DNA of 64,000 nt. It comes from Vicugna vicugna (taxonomy: Eukaryota). The translations under genes and the position numbers were made by a program. Shown piece after piece: positions 53,826 to 64,000 of the stretch; within the stretch, counting starts at the first letter, position 1; each line of letters starts with the position of its first letter. The stretch lies in NCBI GenBank assembly GCA_013265495.1, contig MU057947.1, forward strand, positions 1,387,070-1,451,069. The letters are read 5' to 3'. The notes beneath the pieces are model-generated. The model searched no databases and was not told the DNA's origin. It saw only the letters and a program-made list of their open reading frames with translations.

Positions 53826-54025
53826 TCCGGGGCTGGGAGACGCTTCCTGGGAACGGCCAGGCTGTCCGCCCCTTACTCTCGCAGGCCGCGGGGTCTTGGT
53901 GGCAACGCGTCGGCTCCCTTCTCGTGTGAAAGCAGCTGGACGGCACGCCGCAAGGGGTGGATGTGACCGTGTTGCAATAAAACTTTATTTAAAAACAGGC
54001 GGTGGGCTGCAGCTTGCGGCCCCTG
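53826..54025 (-). mobile_element. MER58A-like DNA transposon
   Basis: gtgaaagcagc...gtgttgcaataaaactttatttaaaaacaggcggtgggc...ggcccctg. Confidence 0.8.
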
Positions 54026-54142
54026 ATGTAGACTAGGCCTCAGTTTTCTTTCTGAGGGACAAGAGGGCTGGGGGCTCGTCCACTGACTCCCGCCGCAGGG
54101 TGCGGGCCCCCCTCCCTGTGCTTGTTTGCTACCCTCTCCCCA

Positions 54143-54158
54143 CCCCCCCCCCCCCCCC
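54143..54158. repeat. Poly(C)16 homopolymer
   Basis: cccccccccccccccc. Confidence 0.9.
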
Positions 54159-54384
54159 AGCCCCAACTCGGACCTCCGGAACACCGTCTGAGGTCCCATC
54201 GTCAATCCTCGCCGTCACCCACCCAAGGATGTGACCGGGAGCCTCAGCCCCTCCCTCCCTCCAGCGTGCCCAGGGCAGTTCTGGCTGAGGGGCCAATGCC
54301 CCTCTTGTGACTGGCAGGCGCCCCCAGGAGTCCAGCGGCCACAGTTCTTAAGTGTGAGGTGCTGGGCGGTCCCAAGGCCCTGGG

Positions 54385-54785
54385 GGTCTCGAATGGTGAA
54401 TGGTGGTTCCCAAAAGATGTATCCATATGCTAACTCCCAGAACCTGTGAGCGTCACCTCTTTTTAAAAAAAGGAGTCTTTGCAGATGAAATTAGTGAAGG
54501 ATCTCCAGACGAGATCGTCCGGGATCAGGCTGGCCCTAAGGCCAATGACGGCATCCTTACAGAAGACGCCGACGCGGGGAGGAGGCCCTGCGGGGATGGA
54601 GGCAGAGGTTACAGTGACGTTCTCACAAGCCCAGGAGCCGGGAGAGGCGGCAGGACCCTCCGCTGGAGCCCCCGGGAGCGCAGCCCTGCCCACACCTCGG
54701 TTTCAGATCAGGCCTCCAGACTGCGAGAGGACAGATTGCAGTTTGTGGTCATTTGTCAAGGCAGCCGCCCCAGGACGTGAGGACA
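54385..54785 (+). mobile_element. MLT1C-like MaLR solo LTR
   Basis: cccaaaagatgtatccatatgctaactcccagaacctgtgag...gtctttgcagatgaaattagtgaaggatctccagacgagatc...ggcctccagactgcgagag. Confidence 0.85.
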
Positions 54786-55897
54786 GGTGTCGGGCAGCAG
54801 CCGCCGGTCCTCTCATGGCCTCTCAGCTCTGTGACCGGCTCGCTTCTCGACCAAGAGCTGAGAGATGGGGGCCCCAGGGCCCCCTGGCGTGGGCAGCCGG
54901 GCTGTGGTGTGTGCGTCTGTTCCCAAACCCGTGCTGAAAGCCCCCGGGCTACCCACCCGTGAACCAGGCCCCGTCTGTTGAGCATAATTCCCGTTAGGGG
55001 AGATTTATCCCCTCAGCCTGGAGGTGACAAGCATTTTTCTCTTTCTGTCTCACTTGCCATTTTTCTCAGTGTGTTCACCACAAACCCAGGCAAATAGATG
55101 TGCAATTCTTTGTGACTATTTTTCTTTAAAAGGTATACCTAAGCCTATCTGGGCAGGAGTTTGGAGGAAAAAAATCACACTAGAAGAACTCAAGGTACGC
55201 GTTTGAGGTAACCTTCTGACCGTGCGATGCGCTAGCAGAACAGAGGGGAAGAGACTCCCCCAGACGGAGGACCTCGGACGGGAGAAATGAAGCTCGGGTG
55301 TCAGTCTCCAGCCTGTCGGTAAGCGGCACGGAGCTATTTCTGAGACGAAGGACGGTGGGAAGTCAGACGGCTGACATCTGTAAACACCGCTGAAATTGCT
55401 CTTCCCAACTCTGTGTTTCTGCGCAGGCCGGAGGCAGCGCCCCTTGGCCGCAGGCCAGCACTGACCAGCCAGGGGTGCGGGTCCGAGGCTCCCAGCCCCG
55501 CGCCGGGGGCCCGGCCGACCGCTCCTCCCGCAAAGACCTTCTGGAGCCCCTTCACTGCCAGCTCCACGCGGGGGCGCAGCCAGGTTTTTCACTCTTCAGC
55601 AGAAACACAAGATCATACCTTCATTTATTCACAGGAACTGCCATTTGCTTTGGGAGATTTTGCGACGGTGGGGACTCTTCATTCAGATGCCTGGACTTCT
55701 ACGCGTGACCCTGGGAAGCCGATTTGTGTCTCTGGTGCTTGCTCTCTTCCTGCACTGGAGTCTATTCCACGCCTGCTCCGTTGCTTCCCCAAGGCCTGAG
55801 GCCTCCACACAAGGACGGCCATCCCTTTAATAACCCCCGCAGCTAGAAGGCAGTGCGTATTTGGTTCCTTCCACAAATTTTCCTGAGTGTCTAAGAC

Positions 55898-55975
55898 TTT
55901 ATTTATTCCTTCAACAAATGTTCAGCTTCACCTACGACGTGTCAGGCACTGTTTAAGGCTCCAGAGTTGTAGCTG
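55898..55975 (-). mobile_element. L2 3' terminal fragment
   Basis: atttattccttcaacaaatgttcagcttcacctacgacgtgtcaggcactgtttaagg. Confidence 0.6.
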
Positions 55976-56462
55976 ACTCTCGAACGTTCCCAGAACACCC
56001 CTACCCCAGGGCCTTTGCCTCACCTCCCCAGGGGCTGCAGGGCTCACTGCCTTCTCCCCACACCTGCTCCCTCCCTGAGAACTCCTGGTGCCCGCGTCTT
56101 GCTCTCTTTTCCTCAATAGCGTTCATCTGAGGAAGCACCAACTGGTCAGAAAAGGATAAAAGGGGGAAAGTTCCCGGAGCGAGGCAAGGCTCAGTGCAGG
56201 TCCGGCCAGCTCTCCAGGAGGATGGGGGCTTCCTGGTGACCAGGCAGTGACCACTTAACTCGGGAAGCTGGGCGCACCTCTTGGTGTGATCTGGAACAGG
56301 TCACGTAGCCTCTGGGGCTCGGGGTCACAGTGTGAGTGGATTCGTGTCTGTCAAACACATGTGGGCCCCCTCAGTGCCAACCCCCTCGCCCCCGGGGATT
56401 TTGACTCCAGGGTGGAGGACAGTGGGAGGAGGGGTCCTCTGACCTGAACTCTTTCTGACCCA

Positions 56463-57090
56463 GTCTGTAGGTGCTTCCCAGGGCCTCTGAACACCGCACA
56501 CCCTGACGGGCCAAAAACCACAGACACCTTTAACCTCCCTGTTCTGGATGTCAGGCGTCCACCGTGGGTCCCCCAGGCTCGGGGCAAGGTCTTGGTGGGG
56601 CTGCATTCCGTCTGGAGGCTCAGGGGAGAGCCTGTTTCTTTGCCTTTTCCGGCCTCGCTGGCCTGTGGCCCCGCCTTCCACCCTCAGAGCCAGCCGTCGG
56701 GTCCCTTCCTCTGCTGTGGCCCCGTCTGGTTCTTTGAGTTGGGGAAGTCCTTAGTTTGTAAGGACCCTTGTGACCCCTTGGGGCGCATATGAATAATCCA
56801 GGGTGATCTCCCCATTTTAAGATTCTTTTTTTAAAAAATGGTTATAATTTATGTATTTATTTATTTTTATTTTGGGGAGAGGCAATCAGGTTTATTTCGT
56901 TAATGGAGACACTAGGAATTGAACCTAGGACCTCATGCCTGCTGAGCACGTACTCCACCCCTGATGGATACCCTCCCCCTTAAGAGTCTTCATCTTAGTC
57001 ATGTTTGCAGGGTCCCCTTGGCCACATGTGGGAACAGGCTCAGGTTTGGGGGATCAGGACATGGACCTCTGGGGACGTCTGCCCACCGCA
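56463..57090 (-). mobile_element. MLT1D-like MaLR LTR interrupted by a SINE
   Basis: gggctgcattccgtctggaggctcaggggagagcctgtttctttgccttttcc...taaggacccttgtgac...gaataatccagggtgatctccccattttaagattctt[SINE]...ggggatcaggacatggacctct. Confidence 0.8.
56828..56979 (-). mobile_element. Camelid tRNA-derived SINE (Vic-1-like)
   Basis: Reverse complement ggggagggtatccatcaggggtggagtacgtgctcagcaggcatgaggtcctaggttcaattcctagtgtctccattaa... with A/B-box-like motifs and an A-rich tail; TSD ttaagattctt/ttaagagtctt. Confidence 0.85.
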
Positions 57091-57322
57091 CCGGCCTCTC
57101 CCTCCCCACCCTCCGCCCTAGCAACCTCCCCCCTCCCTGGGCCAGGATGTGCCTCTGTATTCGTGTTCCTCCCTCTCTCAGATTCCTGAACCATCTCCGG
57201 GACGCACTGTTCCACGCCTCACTCCTGATACGTCAGGCCATCCTCGTTCTGGGTAACTTAGCCCCAGGAAACTTAGAAACCCTTTTTACTCAATGAAGTG
57301 TGGCTTCTAGAAATCAAAAGTG

Positions 57323-57600
57323 ATGCTGGGTACATGCCATCAGATCTTCGTCCCAACCCCTAGAATGTGCAGCACCACGAGTGAACCCTAACGTAGACTA
57401 CGGACCTTGGGTGACGATGTTGTCTGTCGAAGTACAGATGACACAAATGTCCCCTTGTGGGGGAGGTTGCTAGTGGGAGAGGCCTGCATGTGTAGGGCAG
57501 GGGGCAGAGGGCAGAGGGCAGGGAGCCCTTAACCTGCCACTCAATTTTGCTGTGAACCCAACACTGCTCTAAAAAATGTTTATTAATGAAAAAACTAAAA
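57323..57600 (+). mobile_element. L1MC-type LINE 3' end
   Basis: gagtgaaccctaacgtagactacggaccttgggtgacgatg...ctcaattttgctgtgaacccaacactgctctaaaaaa. Confidence 0.85.
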
Positions 57601-59879
57601 AGTGCTTGTTGTCAGAGCTTTGTCATATTGATTTAAAAAAAAATGCTCCTAACTCTCAGACACAATGGTTCTATTCCGGATGGTGGCCACCTTCCCTGAG
57701 TCAGCGAGCACACTTACCATGCGTGATCCAGGACTGCTGAGAAGCCACCGGCAGTAGAGACACCTTCATTTAACATTTAGGGTATGTTATCCCCATAGTC
57801 CCCTCTGACCTGGAGCCTCCCGGCAGACTGCAGGCTCCTGCGGGCACGGCCGGTCTGTGGCATCCTCGGGTCTGCATGGCGCCACCAAGGAACCCCAGCG
57901 TCGTGCCGTTGGGAATGTCTCTGCAGCTGGGTGACTGTCCGGGCCCTCTCCTCCTGTCTGCAGTGGGTCACGTCTGCTCTCTAGGAAGAGCTCTGCTCGG
58001 GACAGGTTGCTCTCTCTCCGGTCCTTGCGAATAAGTAAGACAGCTTCAGCTGCCGGCGGGTGCGCGGCGCACACTGAGCAGGCCCTTGCTGGGTGGCCTC
58101 TTGAGTGGGTCAGCAGAAACCCTGCAGCAGAGACCTCATCCGGTCCAGGCTTGGTTTCCAGATGCCGCTTTACTGAACTGGAGGGGAGGACGACTTCGCA
58201 GCGCTGTGTGTGGTGTCTGAGCAGAGGTGCAGCCCTCCTCCCACCCTTCATCCTGCCACAGAAGCCCGAATGAAGAGAACGCCTGCTCCAGGAAGAGGAA
58301 GCCCTCAGCCAGTGTGCACTGCAGGTGTCCCCACCGCCGGCCCCGGGACGTGGCCGCAGGGTGAGGCTCAGGGCACGTCTGGACTGGAGAGGCGCCAGGA
58401 GACACAGGACCTCTGTTCCTCGTGCCAGCTGGAGAGGCTGCCCTGCCTGCGGACAGCAGCATGCCCGATGGCGTGCCCGCCACGTGGGAGCGTGTGCTCG
58501 GTGCCTCCCCCACCTCTGTCCCTCCCTGCTCTGCCTCTCCCGAGAGGGGCATCCGTGGCTGTGGGGCCCACATCACCACGATGCTCCCTGGAGGGGTGGG
58601 CTTGGCATCCAGTCCTTTCCTGACTCAAACCTTGTGCCCTGCCTCCACCCCGCCAACCCCGCGTGACATAGGGGTTTGTCCCGAGTGACACAGCTAGGAC
58701 TGGGGAGTCCGGGCCGGAGAAGGAGGCTCTGACCCCAGGCTGGCTTCCAGCGCACGGCCAGACGCCAGGAGGGACAGGCTTTGCACAGCATGGCTGCAGG
58801 ACGGCCACTGAACTCTGATGCGATGTTTATAAAGCTAGATTCAAAACAGCCCTTGCCGATGTTGTCAGGCAAGTCCCAAGCCCTGGGTTCATCTCAGGCC
58901 AGGAAGCCATTTTTGTATTTTCTTTGACACAAACACTTGTTTGATACATTCTCAATTTCCGACATTGAAATTGGAGAAGACATCTAAAAAAATCCTTCGT
59001 TGCGTGAATGTCCAAAATAATTTTGTGTTACATTAGCTTCCAAAATAACTCAAATGCCGGGTTCCTACGGTGATGTCATAGTTCCTGTAAGAAAAATCAG
59101 TAGGTTATTCTTTGACAATCAATGCTTTTTTGCTCACTTTTAAAACTAAAAGGCCAGTCTTTTTACAGAAATAAATTCACGATGGGACCTGGACAGAACA
59201 GCCACAACCATAGACCTGGGGACCCCCCCAGGTCACCTGCAGGTTCTCGAGTGCGAGGCCCCTCCGGAGTCGGACGCGGGCCTCGGAGACGCTCGGGCTC
59301 TCCAGCGATTTACTGGTGCTCTGCTGCCTGGGTTTGGCTGTTTTCATCCCTCGAGCCGGCAGCTCTTCTTTTCATAAATTAGATCAAAGCATCTTTCAGA
59401 ACGTGCCGAAAACTGACGAGGGCTGGCAGTCCTCTCTGGAATAGCCTGTCTTACTTTGAAAAATGCAGAGCTGTGAATCAACCCAAGACGAGTGTGTGGA
59501 GATGTCCCCCTGGGGAGTCTCTTGTGGCTACTCCCTCATCACGACTTGCAGTTGGTAGATTTTGAAGCAGATGAGTATTTTGACACAGATGACCGTCTGC
59601 AGAGAAGCCTAGACGCGCAGGACAGATCTTCCAGTCCGCGGGGCTCAGACTCGGTGTAGTTGGCTATTCGAGATACCTACCGAGTTTCCCTCGAAATATT
59701 TTTATGTTTTCATTCCTTAAAAGCAATCTCCAAGTCAAAAAAGACATGCAGTTTGCCAATAGACGGGAGCACTGGCAATGAGAGTCACACAATCGTTCCG
59801 TTCTAGGGACGGTGACCCTGCCCCACGGGTAATCTTCATCGGTCTCCTGTATCCAAGGAACTGGCGTACTGTTTCTTTG

Positions 59880-60050
59880 TAAACTTTTTACTGAAGTACC
59901 ATTGACGCATCACGTTGTATCAGTTTCAGGTGTGCAACATAGTGATCAGTATTTCTAGAGATCACATTCCACCCAACAACATCACTGAGCGTGGTTAGGT
60001 TTCCCTGTGCCGCATGGTGTATCCTCGCTCATCTATTTTATACGTGGATT
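59880..60050 (-). mobile_element. L1 3' end (laurasiatherian/artiodactyl type)
   Basis: ttttactgaagtaccattgac...gtttcaggtgtgcaacatagtgat...ttccctgtgc...atctattttatac. Confidence 0.7.
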
Positions 60051-60219
60051 TACATACTGTTCTAATCTTTGTGGCAAACTTGACATTCGTTAACCCCATT
60101 TTGCACGCAAGTCTAGGGTTTAGTAAAGGAAGGACGAGAAAGGACGGCTAGCTTGACATTCGCTGACCAACCAGAGTGCCATCCGTCCCTGGGCTGTGCA
60201 CCGACGCTTAAAGCTGGGT

Positions 60220-60600
60220 CACATCTGACTGTCTTCTTTGGAAAAATGTCTATCCAGGTGCTTCGCTCGTGTTTTAATTAGATGATTTTTTTTTTTGCCA
60301 TTAAGTTGTAGGAGTTCCTCCCCTGTTTTAGATATTAGCCCCAGATCGCATATGTGGTTTGCGAGTGTCTTCTCCCACGTCACAGGGCTGCCTGTGTGTT
60401 TTGGTGATGGTTTCCTGTGCTGGGCAGTGGTTTTTAGGTTGATGAAGTCCCACTGCTTGGTTTTTATTTTGTTGCCTTTGCTTTTGGTGTCACAACCAAA
60501 AACCCACTGCCAAGACCAAGGTCAAGGAACTTATTCTTATATTTTCTTCTGGGAGTTTTACCATTTCAGTTCTTACTTTTATGTCTTGAATCCATTTTGA
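60220..60600 (-). mobile_element. L1 ORF2 fragment, antisense
   Basis: gtcttctttggaaaaatgtctatccagg...agttgtaggagttcc...gatattagccc...tgccaagaccaaggtcaagga...aatccattttga. Confidence 0.85.
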
Positions 60601-60998
60601 AAGAGAAGGAAATCTGCCATTTGTGACACCTTGGATGCACTTGGAAGACATTCTGTTAAGTGAAATAAACCAGGCACAGAAAGACATATTTTGCCTGACA
60701 TCACTTACGTGTAGGAACTGAAGAGTTGAATTTAGAGAAACAGACAGCAGAATAGGGTTGCCGGGGGCTGGGGGGAGGGACGTGGGGAGATGTTGGTCGA
60801 GGTACACACGTTCAGTTCCAAGATGAGAAAATCCTAGCGCTCTAACATGCAGCAGGTGACCGTCGTTAATAATGGCATATACGCGGAATTTGCTAAGAGA
60901 GTAGATCTGAAGTGTTCTCACCGCACCGAAAAGGTAACGGAGTGAAGTGATGGGTGTGTTAATTAATGAGATTGTGATACACGTATCATATCTACATA
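60601..60998 (+). mobile_element. L1MA9-like ORF2 end/3' UTR, sense
   Basis: aaggaaatctgccatttgtgacaccttggatg...taagtgaaataaaccaggcacagaaagaca...tttgctaagagagtagatctgaagtgttctcacc. Confidence 0.85.
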
Positions 60999-61004
60999 TG
61001 TGGC

Positions 61005-61500
61005 CATTTAGAAGTAATTTGCAGACACACTGCCCCTTCATTCCTAAGCACTTCAGTGTTCATTTCCTTAGAACAAGGACATTCTCTTATGCAACCACAT
61101 TAAAACCGTCAAAATTAGGACATTCTGCATTGATAGGACATTATTATCTAATTTAAAATCCTTACTCAAGGCTCTTCTGCTGTTCCAATCATGTCCTTCA
61201 TTCTTACTTCTGTTTTTGCAGCCTGAGATCAGAGCCAAATACATCCCAGTGCCAGGTGTCTGGCTCCTCATCTAGGTCAAGTCCTCTCAGCTTCACGTCT
61301 CATCACTTTAATGTCTTTACAGAGGATGGAAAGTTATCTTATAAAATGTTCAGTGTGGGTTTGTCTGATGTATCCTCATGATTAGCTTCGTCTCATTTCT
61401 TGACAAACAGTAAGAGTGTGACAATGATTTTGCGTTTTCAGACAGATTTGGGGATATTCACACTTCAAATCTAATTCAGAGGCAAACATGGTGCCCCCAG
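61005..61500 (-). mobile_element. L1MC4/5-type 3' fragment
   Basis: cctaagcacttcagtgttcatttccttagaacaaggacattctcttatgcaaccaca...tgggtttgtctgatgtatcctcatgattag. Confidence 0.75.
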
Positions 61501-61629
61501 TTTCCCCTTCCCCGACCGTGTAATTCCTCTCAGCCCGCCACCTGCGCGCTCGCTCACTCAGCCCTCGCTTTGCAGGAACGTCCCGGAGGTGCTGCAAAGG
61601 GCTCGCGCCACTGCGTTCTCGCTGCTTTC

Positions 61630-64000
61630 ATTTGCCTGGTAGTCCCCTGCAGAGTTTTAGCCTTTCTGCATCACTGTGTTTTCAGTTGTGTCTTGTGCGT
61701 GCAGCCCACAGTTGAGTCTGGCTCTCTGAAACAAAGTGGAAGTAAGTTTAACAAGGAGCTAAGCTCACTCGCGTTTGTGCACGGCCGTGAGGGTCCCGCT
61801 GCGGTCCTGCTGTTTCACGTCACGGTCGCTGGAGTTACTCGTGCACGTTTGCTATTTTCTCCCCGTCCGTGCTGTGCCTTCTCCACTCTTTATCCACGTC
61901 CTTTCTGTCCCTCTTCCTCTGGTGTTCGCACTGGCCTGTGTTTCGGTCCAGCCGTGCAGCGTCTTCGCACTCACACAGCCCAAAGTTTCCTTTGTCTTCT
62001 GTGCTCTTAGCATTTTCTCCTCCTCCTTAAAAACCGGTTTTGGTGCTCCTCGGCAGCCCCCGTACGCCTCACCACAGTCGGTAGGCTTCTTTTCTTTCTT
62101 TTTTTAAATTGAAGTACAGTCAGTTGACAATGTTGTGTCAATTTCTGGTATACAGCATAAATTTTCAGTCATACATGTGCATGCATGTATTTGTTTTCAT
62201 ATTGTTTTTCATTATAGGTTACTATTGGATATTAAATATAGTTCCCTGAGCTATGCAGAAGAAACTTGTTTATTTATTTTATGTATAGTAGTTAATATTT
62301 GCAAATCTTGAACTCCCAATTTATTCCTTCCCACCTCCTTTTCTCCCTGGGGTAACCGTAATTTTGTTTACTATGTCTGTGAGTCTGTTTCTGTTTTGTA
62401 GAAAAGTTCATTAGTATCTTTTTTTTTTCCAGATTCCATGTATGAGTGACATCCTATGGTATTTTTCTTTCTCTTTCTGGCTTACTTCATTCAGTATGAC
62501 AATCTCCAGGTCCATCTATGTTGCTGCAAATGGTATTATTTTATTCTTTTTTATGGCCGAGTAGTATTCCATTGTATAAATATACCAGAACTTCTTTATC
62601 TAGTTGTCTGTTAATGGACATTTAGGTTATTTCCTTGCTTGCCTATTGTGTACAGTGCTGCTGTGAACATTGGGGTGCAGGTGTGTTTTCAAATTAGAGT
62701 TCCCTCTGGATGTATGCCCAGGAGTGGGACTGCTGGATCATGTGGTAACTCTGTAGTTTTTTGAGGAATCTCCATACTGTCCTCCACATTGGCTGCACCA
62801 AACTACATTTTCATCAGCAGTATAGGAGGGCTCCCTTTTCTCCACACCTTCTCCAGCATGTACTGTTTGTGGATGTTTTAATGATGGCCATTCTGGCAGG
62901 TGGGAGGTGGTGCCTCACTGTAGTTTTGATCTTCATTTCTCTGGTAACTAGCAATACTGAGCATTTTCCATGTGCCTGTTGGCCGTTTGTATGTCTTCTT
63001 TAGAATAAGCTTACTTTTCCTTCTTCTCTTTTATTTTTATTTCCCTTTTTAGTCTTTATTATTTCCATTTTGCCAAAATGTGTCTTACTAATATAGTATT
63101 CTTCCACTCTCATCCCTACTCTGTTAGTTTAGTCTTAAATATCCAATTAAGTATATTAAATAATGATTGTATTCTCAAGCTTCTTCAGTCATAGCTTGGT
63201 TGGATGGACTTCATCCAACCAAGTAGACTTGAGTAGACTCCTTGAGAAGTGCTCATGAGAACAGCAGTCCTATGATCTTACATGATCAGAGTTGCTATGC
63301 TAGCCTGGACCATAGGCTGCTTTTGGCTGGATGTAATCCTGGGTTCACACATTCTTTCCTCGTATTTATTGAAAAATGTTCCCATTGATGCCTTGAGTTG
63401 TCTGATCCAGGCTAATTTATTTACCTCGTAGGTTATGTTTATATTTTTTTTCCTTGAGGTCCAGAGGGTTTTTTTTTTTTTAAAAGCTTTTAAAGTGTAA
63501 TATCTTTATAAGGCAAAGATCTTAAAGCTGATCATTCTGGCTTAATTTTCTCTGGTCCCTATAGGCTCTGATAAAATGTAGACTTACGTCTTCTTTTATT
63601 TCTGGAAAGCATCCATGAACTATAGGTTTACATATTAGCCACGACCCATTGTTTTGTTTTGGGGTGAACTCCAATTATACATATGTTGGATTTTGTTTTG
63701 TCTGTCATCCATTTCAGCCACTTTTCTTTGAGCTTTTTTATGTCTTTCCTTCCTTTATTTTCATTTGCTTAGTTATTCTGACTTTCTCCTATGACTTTTG
63801 ATAAAGTTCTATTTACATATATTCTTACTCAGGCACTTTATTTACAACTTTGCTTTCATTTCTGATGTGGCAGTATCTTTTTCTTCCATTTTCTCCAGAA
63901 TTCAATAAATTTCCATTTGATTTCTCCTAATTTTATTTGTTTTTTTAAATCTTAATGTCTTCTCTTCTGATACCTTCAACTGCTTGTGTGAGAGTACTTA
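61630..64000 (-). mobile_element. HAL1 (half-L1) remnant, interrupted by L1 at 62101-63005
   Basis: ttttagcctttctgcatcactgtgttttcagttgtgtcttg (left part); ttggctggatgtaatcctgggttcacacattctttcct...gatcattctggcttaattttc...ttttatttctggaaag (right part), both matching HAL1 antisense as recalled. Confidence 0.65.
62101..63005 (-). mobile_element. Camelid/artiodactyl L1, 5'-truncated (ORF2 C-terminus + 3' UTR)
   Basis: tttttaaattgaagtacagtcagttgacaatgttgtgtcaatttctgg...agattccatgtatgagtga...gagtagtattccattgta...ttgaggaatctccatactgt; degenerate TSD taggcttcttttctttctt (62082-62100) / taagcttacttttccttctt (63006-63025). Confidence 0.9.

Noticed and set aside
55563..55576. CTCF-like motif ccacgcgggggcgc (and weaker ones at ~6778 and ~46571)
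   Set aside because: Mismatches at core positions; such matches are expected by chance at this GC content.
56900..56979. tRNA gene on the minus strand
   Set aside because: It is the degenerate tRNA-derived head of a SINE, with an A-rich tail and TSD.
59552..59659. Short acidic frame LVDFEADEYFDTDDRLQRSLDAQDRSSSPRGSDSV* after a ttgcag
   Set aside because: Too short and unrecognised; compatible with chance.
284..63003. Hundreds of 60-310 aa ORFs in the six-frame track
   Set aside because: They overlap on both strands, are rich in Pro/Gly/Ala/Arg as expected for GC-rich non-coding DNA, often use non-ATG starts, and show no recognisable domain or consistent exon chain.

Overview
Mammalian genomic DNA, almost certainly from a camelid (Camelus/Vicugna/Lama). 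The evidence is a Vic-1-type tRNA-derived SINE at 56828-56979 and camelid-type L1 3' ends at 52345-52578 and 62101-63005. About 1-59 kb is GC/CpG-rich, as in subtelomeric isochores; the last ~4 kb is mostly AT-rich L1/HAL1. I could not recognise any host protein-coding exon, RNA gene or processed pseudogene. The many ORFs in the track look like chance open frames in GC-rich DNA; the only protein similarity I recognise is decayed L1 ORF2. The window therefore reads as intergenic or deep-intronic sequence filled with old repeats (L2, MIR, MER58A/MER5, MLT1, MLT2, ERV1 solo LTRs, L1M, HAL1) and a few younger camelid insertions. An 805-nt N gap (32129-32933) is flanked by a ~1.4 kb near-identical duplication that is most likely an assembly artefact. 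I found no convincing new biological system. The most notable points are strong AT-to-GC remodelling of ancient repeats, nested and inverted insertions, and non-repeat AT-rich or CpG-rich islands that may be regulatory. Repeat family names come from my recollection of consensus sequences, not from a database search, and most boundaries are approximate.
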